A DNA stretch of 64,000 bases from Eledone cirrhosa (taxonomy: Eukaryota). The stretch is from the NCBI GenBank assembly GCA_964016885.1, contig OZ024740.1:299398001-299462000 (forward strand). The letters are read 5' to 3'. Both the position numbers and the translations under genes were made by a program. The notes below the pieces were generated by a model that saw only the letters and a program-made list of their open reading frames with translations, made no database searches and was not told the DNA's origin. Shown here piece after piece: positions 1 to 13,071 of this stretch. Within the stretch, counting starts at the first letter, position 1. Each line of letters starts with the position of its first letter.

Positions 1-3000
1 GAGTATGCCAGGCAAACGAGCCAGTGGGAAGTGAAGAGGTCGAGAGAACGGAGGAAGCATCCGAAGCAGACAATGATCTGAATGCTGAAATAAATAATAC
101 CTGGAACAGAGATACGGCCATTGAGGAAATGAATGCTGACGGGATAGGACAATATTTGTTTGATATCCTAAACTTACTGGTAGATGAAATGAACAATGAT
201 AGTGGGAAACCTATGAACCTAAGATTTGTAGACAGGAAAAAGTTAAAAGAAACAAAGGTAAACAAAGTCATTCCATACCTTAAGGTGAGGAGCAACAATA
301 TCCTCAAAGCAACAGCAAATGCGGCGAGGAAATTACTTGGCATAAAAGCGAGAGGAAACAACAAACAAGAAAGATCAGAACCTTGGTGGAAGAAACGACT
401 GAATGGTCAAATCAGGAAAATGAGAAATGACCTTGGAAAGCTTGAGTCCCTACTGAATGGAACACTAAAAAACATAGACACTAAAAATAGACTGGAAATA
501 AAGTACAAAACTAGGAGGAAAAAGCTAAATATTATCATAGAGGAACTGAAGCAACGCATTGTAGCAAAGAGTGCAAAAATTAGGCGATATGAGAGCAGAG
601 TCAGTCAGTATAGACAGAACCGCATGTTTGACAACAACCAGAAGATGTTGTTTGGACAGCTTGAAGGGAAAGAAAGAGGCAACGACTTGATCCCTGAGGC
701 AGAACAAACTAAGATATTCTGGAGAGGAATATGGGAGCAGGATGTCGAACATAATGGTCAGGCAGTGTGGATTGAGACAGTACAAAAGGAGATTAGTGAA
801 CATACACACCAACAAACTGATTTGAGTATCACAGTTGAAACTCTTAAAGGGCAGGCCAAAAAACTAACCAGCTGGAAATCACCAGGCCCAGATGGTGTGC
901 AGGGGGTTTGGATTAAAAATATAACATCCCTCCACCCGAAACTGAAAACCAGGTTCAATGACTGCTTGATGTCGAGTGAGGTACCAGAGTGGTTGACAAA
1001 AGATACCACAGTTCGGGTAATGAAAGACAGAATCAAGGGTAATGATGTTACCAACTATAGACCTATCACATGTCTGTCCGTAATCTAGAAACTGTTAACA
1101 AGCATTGTGTCTGAGGAAATCTAACATCACCTCCACATAAACAACTTGTTACCGGATGAACAGAAAGGATGCCAAAAGAAGTCCCGTGGTACAAAAGACC
1201 AGTTACTTATTGAAAAGATGGTAATGAGGAATTGCAAGAGGAGACACACTGGTCTTGCCATGGGATGGATAGATTACAAAAAGGCATTCGACATGGTACC
1301 TCATTCTTGGATAACCAAAAGCCTAGAGATCTTCAAGGTGGCAGATAACATCAGACAGTTGTTGAGCAAAAGTATGAAGTCCTGGAAAACATCGGGTGGA
1401 GAATCCCTGGGAGGCGTGAAGATCAAGAGAGGTATCTTCCAGCGAGATAGTTTGTCCCCTTTGCTGTTTGTCCTTGCCCTGATACCCCTGACCATTACAT
1501 TGCGAAAAGTGAGTGCAGGATACAAGTTGGGAAAAGGAGAGCTTACCATGAACCACCACCTCTTCATGGACGATCTTAAACTCTTTGGGAAGAGTGAGAA
1601 GGAGTTGGATGTGCTTGTTAACACTGTCCGTATTTTCAGCAATGATATATGTATGGAATTTTGTATTAGTAAGTGTGGAGTCCTAGTGATGAAGAGGGGT
1701 AAATTGAGCAGAAGCAACGGTATCCAGGTACCAACAGGTGAGATGAGAAAGGAAATTGACACTGAAGAAGGATACAAATATTTAGGTGTTCTGGAGGCAG
1801 ATGACATCAAGAACAAAAAAAAAGGAAGGAATTGATAAGATCTGAGTACATTAGGAGAGTAAGGAGCGTATTAAAATCATATCTAAATAGTAGGAATGTC
1901 ATAAGTGCAGTGAATTCCGAGCTGAGTCTATTATTAGGTATAGTGCGGGAATTCTGAGATGGAATGTTGCTGAAGAAAAAGAAATGGATAGGAAGAATAG
2001 GAAGCTATTGACTATCTACAACATGTTCCACAAGAGGAGTGATGTCGATAGACTATACTTAAAGAGATCTGAAGGTGGAGGAGGTCTTATCAGCATAGAG
2101 GACTGTGTTCAGATGGAGAAAAACAACCCACACAAATACGTGACTGACAGTAGGGAGCCAATGCTTAACATTCTACTGAAGGAGAAGGCAGTAGACCAGG
2201 GGATGTCCAAGGAGTAATTAACAACAAGGAGGAAGAGCAGCCTTCATGAAAAATCCCTTCATAGTACCTTCTTTTAGAAAACTGTATTTTAGAGATCCAC
2301 AGACATGGAACTGGTTAAAAAGAGGAGACCTTAAAATGGCCACAGAAGGAATGCTTATGGCTGCACAAGAGCAGGCTCTCAGAACGAAGTGGGTGAAACA
2401 CCATATTTACGAGGAGGAGGCTAGCCCACTGTGTAGGATCTGTGGAGAGAGAGAGAGAGACTGTGGCTCACATTGTATCCGAGTGTAAACACCTAGCCCA
2501 GACTCACTATAAAGGCTGGAAACATGATGTGATGGGCAGGGTGACCCACTGGCACCTATGCAAAGTAAACAATTTACCACATTCTGAGAATTGGTATGAG
2601 CATAAGCCAGAGCCGGTGATAGAAAACGATCAGGTGAAGGTGCTATGGGATTTTAGGATATAGACGGACAAGAAATTAGAGCAAAATAGGCCTGACCTGG
2701 TGGTTTTGGTCAAGAAAAAAAGATCGTGCCTGATTGTAGATGTAGCCTGCCCATGTGACACGAGAGTGCAAAAAAAAAAGGAGAGGGGGAAAATTAACCG
2801 ATACCAGGACTTAAAGTGGGAGGTAAAAAGGATTTGGAAATGGCATGAAATCAAGGTCGTCCCGATTGTCATAGGCGCACTAGGTTCTATCTCAAAGAGT
2901 TTCCAAGGATGGTTAAAGAAGATTAATCCAGTCCCGCTTTTTGGAACACTTCAAAAGGCATGCTTGTTGGGAACAGCAAGAACCCTCCGATACGTCCTGA

Positions 3001-3112
3001 ATATCTGAGGCTGCAGGTAGCGGCTTGATATTCATTTCAACAAACTTTCCAGTTAAATAACATCAATGACTGACACTCAAAGAATAAAAATAATAATAAT
3101 AATAATAATAAT
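1..3112 (+). mobile_element. R4/Dong-clade non-LTR retrotransposon (RT + CCHC + restriction-like endonuclease), disrupted, 5' end outside window
   Basis: ORF pieces with RT motifs ([38 protein letters not shown]), zinc knuckle CRICGE..ETVAHIVSEC, RLE motifs RPDLV..IVDVACP and VVPIVIGALG; several stops/frameshifts; 3' end runs into (TAA)n at ~3091. Confidence 0.9.
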
Positions 3113-3685
3113 GAATTCTTTATTGGCCAAGAAAAACATTACAGACGGCAGAGGACGGTACAGGACGGTATGATGTGGGTTTTGTGCGTGTAAAGATTTT
3201 TATTATTTATATAAGAAAAGAAAAAAAAAAGACACAAATATATATATATTTATAAACAATAAAAATGAAAATTGAAACAATGAAACATTCCCCAATAGGA
3301 GGGAAACTTCCGAGGGTTACTTGTGAAGAAAACCACACACAAGGCCACGGCCACCCTGACCACCAGGGCAAGCGCCCTCTCTCAATTTTTCCGTTTCTCA
3401 AACTACAGGCGTATATTCAGAGCGTTTACTCGGACCATTCTCGCTACATTCACCCATCTTTCAACAAACTTGCTAGAAGGCAGCACTTGCCTCTCCACCC
3501 TGATTTACCTCTTCAAGTGAAACTTGAAAAAGTTAATTAGGGATTTGCCGAAGAGGAAAGTGTCTTTAACCCTTTCAACCTTGTCCACCACACAATCTCT
3601 TTGGCCATGGCCACCAGGCAGATGAAAACCGCCTGCCCTTCCTCCTCGAAGGAAGACGGCGAACACCCTCTGCACAATGGACTCG
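3113..3685 (-). mobile_element. 5'-truncated Tx1/L1-clade LINE 3' fragment
   Basis: Similar to 59625-60160 (ttccccaatagg...ccctgaccaccagggcaag); flanked on both sides by (TAA)n. Confidence 0.85.
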
Positions 3686-3696
3686 TAATAATAATA

Positions 3697-3871
3697 ATTG
3701 TCACAAGGCCAGCAATTACCCCAGTGTATTACTGGTACTTTATTTTATCGACCCCGTAAAGATGAAAGGCAAAGTTAACCTTGGCGAGATTTGAAATCAG
3801 ACCGTAAAAGGACGTAACTCAATGCTGCAAAATATGGCGTTCAACCCTCTACCGATACTCCCAATCCACCA
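3697..3871 (-). mobile_element. tRNA-derived SINE with Nin/Deu-like core
   Basis: Minus strand: A-box-like head, B-box-like ATTTCAAATC, core ctttcatc..tacggggtcgataaaataaagtaccag; many copies in window. Confidence 0.85.
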
Positions 3872-3882
3872 TTTCCTGTCAA

Positions 3883-4045
3883 ATAATTGTTTCTACCTTT
3901 GGCACAAGACCAGCAATTACTCAGTACATTACTGGTACTTGATTTTCTCGACCCCCGCAAGGACGAAACACAAAATTAACCTCGGTGGGATTTGAACTCA
4001 GAACGTAAAGGACCATAACTTTATACCGTAAAGCATGGTGTCTGG
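3883..4045 (-). mobile_element. SINE, same family, head truncated
   Basis: Tandem copy of the preceding SINE. Confidence 0.8.
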
Positions 4046-4367
4046 AAGGAGAATTAGCCACGCTGCGCAGTGTGCCATTTCCTCCAATCAGCTTCTTCCA
4101 TCCTATCACTGTGTTTGAATGTAATCAGCAAGTATTTGGTAAGGATTTAAACCATATTCATGAATATAATATCTCTCTCCTCCAGCACTAAATAGTTACA
4201 TGTTCTTTCTACCCTGTTCCACGTAATTTACTCAATTCTCAAATGTCTATCAGTTTCATTGGGCTTCAGTTTCTTTTTCTGAATATTGCAATCACTGGAA
4301 TATCTTTACTGCAGATAGATGGTCAAGCTGAACATCAACTTGACCTGTAAAGTTAATGTGTGCTGCT

Positions 4368-4454
<87 letters not shown>

Positions 4455-4457
<3 letters not shown>

Positions 4458-4766
4458 GGCGTTGGATGCTTAAAGCGTCCGTATGCGGTAGGCCATTTGA
4501 GCACTCGATGCTCTCATAGAGCAGAGCATGATATCACAGAAAAAAAGAGAATCAGTGTTGCGACGAATGGAATTTATTGGGCATATTGCAATCGTATTAA
4601 AATCTGCTTCGTAGAATCAAGGCGTATCTGAGGACCTCGCGATTTTCAGAGTCAGTTTCGATCATCACATCGATCGTGCCTCGAGCTGGTCGCCAGAGAA
4701 ACGATTGTAATATCACCAATAAATTCCATTCGTCGCAACACTGATTCTCTTTTTTTTCTGTGATAT
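4455..4766. repeat. TA-flanked asymmetric hairpin element (arms 4531-4595 / 4701-4766, tail 4455-4530)
   Basis: ~65-nt inverted repeat read directly; tail contains GCACTCGAT. Confidence 0.85.
4621..4717 (+). ncRNA. Degenerate type I hammerhead ribozyme with extended stem II
   Basis: GGCGTAT-CTGAGGA-(~60 nt stem II)-GAAA-CGATTG-TA-ATATCAC. Confidence 0.55.
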
Positions 4767-4784
4767 ATATATATATATATTTAT

Positions 4785-4865
<81 letters not shown>

Positions 4866-5383
4866 AGATCTGTTTATTCTAGTTCGAATTATTTATTGTT
4901 TGATACACTGTCTTGGCATGGTCATATTATTTCAATTTGAACCAATTGCCAATGTGGGTTCCCTGTAAATGGTCAGGCCTGGCTTATCTTTTCTTTGATA
5001 TGACGTCACAAGTCACTAGAAGTTGAGAATTACGAAATCCACTTGCGACAAGCAATGGGATGTACTAGCACACCATATGGAACTTTTAAATTCCATGGAG
5101 GCAAACTCTGGTCGCTGTTCCCTGCCAAATTACGTAATTTTCTGAACATACCAGTTTCACTCGGAACGTTATCTGCAGATCGGAATCGTAGAAACTGATG
5201 AACCGTCCGGGTATCTCAATTTCCCTAGCCACACGAAGTAGTCTGCCTTACTTATAAACTAATGAGTTGGGTTAGAATTTTAATACTACGGTCTTAATTA
5301 GATTATTGAGTGAGGAAACGACTGAAGCTATGTCCACTCTATTCAATATGCCTCGTCTTTTTATATATATATATATATATATA

Positions 5384-6143
5384 GTTAAAAGAATTGAGGT
5401 GTACACACAAGTTATTATATATTGGTAAACGGAATAGAAAATGCTGACAAATTGTTCACAGTGAGAAATAGTTTAATTAGGAATAAATGAGAATTAGTAA
5501 TTGTATTGGTTAGTATTCAGTTTTGGTTTTAAGTTTTACCGCTTGCGCATTTCTAAATGCTTTTCAAAAATAATTTTGAGATAGAGCGTCCGTGATGTTT
5601 GCTCTGATCTGATTAGTTTTGGGAATTCTACCTGTTTTTATGTTAAAAAAATGGCTCCAGCGCTATTAAAATAATTTTTTGCGCCAATTCGTGTTGCAAA
5701 AATTCTTGTGGTCAAAACAATTTTGATTGGTCGGTAGAGGTCATGTGAATGTAAAAAATTGATTTTGCGCCAAGACTGAGAAATGACTCTTTCACAACAA
5801 ATATGTGTGTGTGTGCCTGTGTGTGTGTAGTAGTAGTAGTAAAGTGTTCGTTGTTGTGATAATGGTTAGCAGGGATGTGTGTGCGAACCGCAGCTTGTTG
5901 ACAGTTCAAATGCCTATTAAGACAAGTGTGGGTGTGTGTGTGGGTGTGTGTGTGTGTGGGGGGGGGGGGGGGTATAGCAGAGTAATTCGTGGTAGAGGGA
6001 TGGTTAGTAGGAATATGTCTGTAAGAGAGTGGGGATATTTTAACATGTCAAAAGATATTTTTCAGCTCTTGTCTTATACGGAGAAGTGTGTGTGTGTGTG
6101 TGTATAAGTCTCTTTGTATGTTACGCGTGTGTATGTGTGTGTG

Positions 6144-6203
<60 letters not shown>

Positions 6204-6515
6204 AATATGTGTGTGTGTGTGTGTGGGTGGACCAGTATTTTTTTCCTGGTAAAATGGTGTACATTATTACCAGGAAAAAAATACTGGTCCACCCACACAC
6301 ACACACACACACACATTCTCTCTCACACACACATACATATATATACACACACACATACACACGCGTACATTAACATACAAAGAGACTTATACACACACAC
6401 ACACACTTCTCCGTATAAGACAAGAGTTGAAAAATATCTTTTAACATGTTAAAATATCCCCCTCTCCCTTACAGACACATTCTTACTGAATAACCCTCTA
6501 CCACGAATTACTCTG

Positions 6516-6550
<35 letters not shown>

Positions 6551-7052
6551 TCTTAATAAGCATTTGAACTGTCAACAGGCTGCGGTTCGCACACACATCC
6601 CTGCTAACCATTATCACAACAACGAACACTTTACTACTACTACACACACACATACACACACACATATTTGTTGTGAAAGAGTCATTTCTCAGTCTTGGCG
6701 CAAAATCAATTTTTTACATTCACATGACCTCTACCGACCAATCAAAATTGTTTTGACCACAAGAATTTTTGCAATACGAATTGGTGCAAAAAATAATTTT
6801 AATAGCGCTGGAGCCATTTTTTTAACATAAAAACAGGTAGAATTCCCAAAACTAATCAGATCAGAGCAAACATCACGGACGCTCTATCTCAAAATTATTT
6901 TTGAAAAGCATTTAGAAATGCGCAAGCGGTAAAACTTAAAACCAAAACTGAATACTAACCAATACAATTACTAATTCTCATTTATTCCTAATTAAACTAT
7001 TTCTCACTGTGAACAATTTGTCAGCATTTTCTATTCCGTTTACCAATATATA
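5384..7052. repeat. ~1.64 kb near-perfect palindrome (arms ~5416-6252 / 6267-7052) with ~32-nt one-sided tail
   Basis: Arms are reverse complements apart from microsatellite lengths and scattered substitutions; centre ~6260; (TA)n at both ends. Confidence 0.95.
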
Positions 7053-7067
7053 TATATATATATATAT

Positions 7068-7328
7068 GCAAAAGTTCTATTTAAAATTGTTGGGATACAA
7101 CAAGTAAATATTTTATAACTGATATAAAGCACTCGACAAGTTTTTGGAGTAGATATACGATATTAAATAAATGGAAACTATATTTATAAAACCATATTTA
7201 TTTCATTATACATTTATATATTGTATTTTGTCTGATGAAGGCATACCATATTTTAATTTGGTATCCCTGAAATATGTATAATGAAATAAATATGGTTTTA
7301 TAAATATAGTTTCCATTTATTTAATATC

Positions 7329-7334
<6 letters not shown>
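7068..7334. repeat. TA-flanked asymmetric hairpin element (arms 7153-7213 / 7274-7334)
   Basis: ~60-nt inverted repeat; tail 7068-7152 contains GCACTCGAC. Confidence 0.9.
7224..7288 (+). ncRNA. Minimal type I hammerhead ribozyme
   Basis: TATTTTGT-CTGATGA-AGGCATACCA..TGGTATCCCT-GAAA-TATGTA-TA-ATGAAATA; near-palindromic stem III. Confidence 0.75.
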
Positions 7335-7377
<43 letters not shown>

Positions 7378-7378
<1 letters not shown>

Positions 7379-7492
7379 CGAAGGAAATGTGGCAAGGAAC
7401 CAGGTGGACCATAACGCACCAAAGTACTCAATACTTAGGGTAGTAGAGTGGGTAATAGGAACAAGTAAGACCCCGTCGGGGTCTTACTTGTT

Positions 7493-7497
<5 letters not shown>
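7378..7497. repeat. TA-flanked mini hairpin (20-bp arms 7455-7474 / 7478-7497) plus tail
   Basis: ataggaacaagtaagacccc-gtc-ggggtcttacttgttcctat; tail shared with 51466-51520. Confidence 0.85.
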
Positions 7498-7577
<80 letters not shown>

Positions 7578-7581
7578 ATGC

Positions 7582-7716
<135 letters not shown>

Positions 7717-7989
7717 TACATTGCCCATGGAGGAGGCTGAGACGCAACCGGTCCGTCAAATCCTTATGCCCGAAACACCCCCCCCCCCACTCTCAAGAGC
7801 GTGAAACTAATAAACCTTTGTTTATACTGCCTCTCTGTTTTGTTCCCGTTCCATTTTTCAGTATACAATACACGCTCCCACGGCTTCCATACCACCTTGA
7901 CTACCGGCTCAACCCCGATCTAATCCGCCGTAACCACTCTCTGAACCTTCCCCACACCTTTCCACAACCCGTTTTTTCCTTTCTTTGCA

Positions 7990-10520
7990 TTACTTTTGAT
8001 TGATTTATTTACTGTATTTGTTTATTTTTGTCTATGATTTTTTGTCCATGATCTCCTGTGTATTCTCTCCTCTCCTTAGGTTATTTCTGTTTGATTTTCC
8101 CTCCCCCGTCTCCGTCTACCTTTCGCACTCACCCCTTCTCCCCCGCATCACACACCTCCCTTCTCATTCCTTCCCCTGCTTTCACTCCACGCCCACCATG
8201 CCCAGCCCGAGATCCTTTCTCCACCAACTCAACACCCGCCTCAACCCCCCCCCCCCCCTCGCCGCACCCTGCTATCTCCCCTCGGCCCTCCAACTCTCCT
8301 ACCTTCTCCTCGCCAAAACCCGGCACTCCAGCCACATCCATTTCCTCAGCCGCTGCCTCCACCTCCACGTCACCCCCCTCGGCCTCCGACTACACTTCCG
8401 CACCTACACCTCCGCTTCCCCCTCCACCCAATGGAAGTCGAGCGATTCGTGCGACGCACGAAGCTACGTGCACATTTTCATCAAACGCCACCGGCTCCGA
8501 ACGCCCCAGACCCTTTTCTCGCCCTGGGCCGACGACCATCGTCTTGGACGCCGGCCCCAGGGCAATTTAGCACCATGGACGCGTTCGTCGACGCCTGCCG
8601 TAGGGCAGTAAATTGCTTCGACTTCCGCCACCGGTCCAAACGGCATAACATCTCACGGAGCAAACTCCTCGCACCCCGCTCACTCCTTATCCGAGATGAC
8701 ATCGTCATCAAATCGGCGGACAAGGGAGGCGCCCTGGTGATGTGGCGCGCTGACTTGTACATGGCCGAAGCCCTCAGGCAGCTCCGTAACCCCCTCTTCT
8801 ACCGCCTTATACCCTCCAACCCCACACCCCTCTACCAACAACAAGTTTCCTCCACCATCCAACACCTTGTCTCCTCCTCACTCCTCCCTCCCACCGCTTC
8901 CCACCTCATCGTCCGCACCCCTCGCCCTCCTACTATCTACTTCCTCCCCAAACTCCACAAACCCGACAACCCCGGCCGCCCCATCGTCTCCGCTTGCAAC
9001 TGCCCCACCGAACTCATCTCCGCCTTTCTTGACTCCATCCTCGCCCCCCCCCCCCTCGTCACCCCCCTCCCACATCTCCGATACCAACCACGCCCTTCGC
9101 CTATTCGACTCCTTCAGTTTCCCACCCGGCCCACAGCCCGTCCTCTTCACCCTAGATATCAAGTCGCTTTATACTGTCATCCTCCACGCCGGCGGCCTAC
9201 GTGCCCTCAATCACTACCTCGATCTTCGCCACTCCCCCATGCCCTCCCCCCCCCTTCTCCTTCGCCTCGCCGAGCTGGTCCTCACCCTCAACTGCTTCTC
9301 CTTCTCGGGTGAGTTTTACCAACAGGTCACGTGTGTAGCCATGGGCACAACAATGGGCCCAAACTATGCCAACCTTTTCGTTGGCCGTGTTGAGGCCCAA
9401 ATCTTTGCCCAGTACACCGGCCCCACGCCCGAACTGTAAGGTCGTTACATCGACGATTGTATCAGAGCCACGACCCTCACCCGATAACAGCTCGACTCCT
9501 TTCTCTCCTTCTTTTGCTCCTACCACCCCTCCCTCCATTTCACCACATCTATCTCCACCACCCACGTCCACTTCTTCGACATCTCCGTCGCCATCGACCC
9601 CTCCCACCACTCCCTCGTCACCTCCACCTTCTTCAAACCCACCGACTCCCACTCCTATCTCGACTTCACCTCCTCCCTCCTTACACACACTAAACACTCT
9701 ATTGCCTACTCCCAACTCCTGAGGATCCACCGCCTCTGCAGCCGAGATGCTGACTTTGAGTCCCAGGCACTTTCCCTTGTCAGCCATTTCATCCGCAGAG
9801 GTTACTCCCCCCCCCGTCCACACCGCCCTCACTCGCGCCCGTACTGTCCACTGCTCCACCACACTCACCCCACGCCACCGAACACCCACCTACCGTCTCC
9901 CCTTCCCCATCACCTACCACCCCTCCACCCTGCCGCTTCACCGCACCATCCTCCGCTCTCACTCGCGCCTCCAGTCCGACCCCTCCACCTCCCACATCTT
10001 CCCATCCCCACCACGCCCCTCCTTCAAACGCGCACGCAATCTCCGCACCCTCCTCGTCCGCAGCTCCCTACGCCTCAACCCACGCTCTTATTTCCACCCC
10101 GGTTCCCTTCCCTGTTCCAGGCCTCGTTGCAACACCTGCCCCCACATCACCAACACCACCACCTTCCAGGGTCCCAACGGCCACTCTCTCTCTGTCCGGC
10201 ACGCCTTCCGCTGCACCTCCTCCAACCTAGTCTAAGGAGTTCGCTGCACGGAGTGCAGCGTAACCTACATCGGACAGACTGGACGTCGCCTGGCGGACCG
10301 TTTCACCGAACACCTCCGGGATATTCGTCTCGACGGGAGTTCCCCCATCGCCCGCCCCTTTGGCTCCCCTGGACATTCTGCGCACCACCTCACAGTCTGT
10401 GGCTTACTCCAATGCCACGGAACATCCACCACCCGCCCCAGGGTCGAGCAACACACCATCTTCATCCTACAGACCCACACTCCTCCCGGCCTGAGCTCTC
10501 CACCCCTATTCCTTTAGCTT
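7990..10520 (+). mobile_element. Penelope-like element (Neptune-like), RT + Cys linker + GIY-YIG, disrupted, extremely C-rich
   Basis: ADKGG, YFLPKLHK..PGRPIVS, LDIKSLYT, AMGTTMGPNYANLF, RYIDD, CSRPRCNTC, YIGQTGRRLADRFTEH across frameshifted ORFs. Confidence 0.9.
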
Positions 10521-10544
10521 TCGATCCCCCCCCCCCACATCTCA

Positions 10545-12848
10545 ATGATCATCTCCACACATCTTTTCACAACAAAAACAGGAACCTATCCAACTGCATA
10601 ATAGGCAGCATGGATGTGGTGTCACTGTACCCATCCATTAACATTGATTTTGCTGTGAAAAGATGTGTGGAGATGATCATTGAGAGTGAGGTGGAGTTCT
10701 GCGACGTCGACACAGACGAACTGGGCCTCCTACTTAGACTTACCTACGACACTGACTACCTAGACAGACATGACCTTAGACGTTTCTGCCCTAGTAGACC
10801 TATAAGAGGTAGACCCCCCACCATAACCTCAATGGCAAAAAAGACTCCCATGGGAAGGTGGATTGGGTGGACCAAAGCTATACGGACCCCCCAAAACAAT
10901 GATCAGGTAAGAAAAATGATCGCACATGCAATAGGGGCTAGTATCAAAACTACCCTAAAGGGCCACATATTTAAGTTCAACGAGAAGATCTACACCCAAA
11001 ATGAGGGAGCAGCCATCGGCGTCAGCATAGCTGGTGATGTTGCCAACCTTTTCATGGTATGGTGGGAAAGGAGACTTAAAAATCTCCTTAATGAGAGCTC
11101 CATAGACCTCATCATGTACTCTCGTTATGTAGACGATATCAATATAGTTATAAGAACACCCCCACTAGAGAGCACTAACAAGTTTGATTTAGAACTTAGC
11201 ACGATGGAAAGCATCCAGCAGATAGCTGATTCCATACACCAGAGTATAACTGTAACTATCGACTTCCCTTCCAAACACTCTAACAATAGACTACCTGTAT
11301 TAGACACAGAACTCTGGATTAACACTATAGACGAGAGAGCCTAAATTCTCCACTCACACTATGCTAAACCCATGGCCTCCAAATACTTGATACTCAAAAA
11401 CTCAGCAATGTCCAGTAGTGCTAAGTTTAATATTCTGATCGCAGATTTGGTACGAGTGATGAAGAATGTGTCCCGCATGTGCGACCCAACAGAAATGGAA
11501 AGACACATCCAACACTTCATCAACCGCATGCAGTTCTCTGGCTACAACCAAAGAGACAGAGTCAGAGTATACGAAGGAGCCATGGAGAAGTATAAGACCC
11601 TCATAGAACTGGACATGGAAGGAATTTGCCCATTATACAGGAGCACATCATGGAATAGCTTAGATAGGGCTAGACATAAGATAGGGAAAGCCACCCCATG
11701 GTACGACAACCAGAGATACCAGATTGTCATGTTTGTGGACGCTACCCCTGGAGGGAAATTAGCTAACCAGTGTAGAAAGGCCCTGAGAAAGACCCACTTA
11801 AAAATTAAGGTGGTAGAAAAGCCAGGAACCACCATAAAATACCTGATCAGCAAAACTTACCCTTTTAAGAAAACCCACTGCACCAATAGGAAATGTATCA
11901 TATGTAAGGTAAACCCCCGGAGAAACTGTAAAACTAGAAACGTAGTCTATAGCATAAGATGTACAGAGGGTACTTGCAGAAACATGACAACAACATACAT
12001 AGGTAAGACAGCTCGTAGCATAGGTGAAAGGATAGACCAACACTGGGGGGAACTAAAAGGACAAAAAAACGGGTCAGTACTATACGAACATGCTAGACAA
12101 CAACATGACGGTAACATAGACAACATAGAAATTAGAATAATATCTAAACATAGAAATGACCCAGCAGATAGGCAAATCAGAGAGGCCAGTGAAATAGAAA
12201 TTAGAAGACCAAGACTAAACAGAAAGAATGAATGGAATAACAACACCCAAACAAACAACACTGACCTAAGAGAAGTATAAATAAGTAAATAAAATAAAAT
12301 AAATATATAAATAAATAAATAAATACATACACAAGCACAATAACAACAAGCACATAAACACACACTAGTCACCCATCACACAGCAAACAAAACACTATAC
12401 ACACACGCAAACGCATGCGCAAAGAAGACAACATAAAATAAACAAACAAGCAAATAAACAAACAAGCAAATAAATAAATAAATATATAGACAGACTGAAT
12501 AAAAATGGCGTAGACATACAATATAACAGGAGGAAAAGATAGCACCACTGACGATGTTGCAGATGTGCAACGAAAGATTTATGATAAACTATATATATGT
12601 GTTTGTGTCTATATTGTATCTGTATTATTTTTGACCGTCGGTCAGTCAATGGCAACATTGAGGACCGAGTAAGTTAGATTATCGATATAAAAGACACAGA
12701 AGCGAGTAGCGAAAACCAACCAAACAGTGAGTGTGTTCTGTTATTAATTCTGGCAATATTACACAAATATGACCCGTCCCAAGTATAACAATATTTGTTT
12801 CGACACACGATTTCATATAAAAAACCTCGCAAAACTAATTCATCGCCG

Positions 12849-12850
<2 letters not shown>
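10545..12850 (+). mobile_element. 5'-truncated Penelope-like element (Nematis/Neptune-like) with 3' pseudo-LTR
   Basis: MDVVSLYPSI, GAAIGVSIAG, RYVDDI, one stop at ~11342, then CxxxxCxxC and VVYSIRC..YIGKTARS; 3' region shared with 26103-26600. Confidence 0.9.
12540..12592 (+). ncRNA. Hammerhead ribozyme core in PLE pLTR (stem I decayed)
   Basis: CTGACGA-T-GTTGCA-GATG-TGCAAC-GAAA. Confidence 0.7.
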
Positions 12851-12884
<34 letters not shown>

Positions 12885-12888
<4 letters not shown>

Positions 12889-13071
12889 GTTTCTACTTCA
12901 GGCACAAGGCCAGCAATTACCCAGTGCATTACTGGTACTTTATTTTATCGACCCCATAAGGATGAAAGGCAAAGTCAACCTTGGCGGGATTTGAACTCAG
13001 ATCGTAAAGGGACATAACTATGCTGGAAAGCATGGCGTCCGACCCTCTACCGATACTGCCAATCCACCGCC
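12885..13071 (-). mobile_element. Full-length Nin/Deu-like tRNA SINE
   Basis: Minus strand A box TGGCAGTATCGG, B box GTTCAAATCC, conserved core. Confidence 0.9.

Noticed and set aside
10127-11344. 405-aa ORF as a single gene
   Set aside because: An off-frame end of one PLE fused to the RT of another
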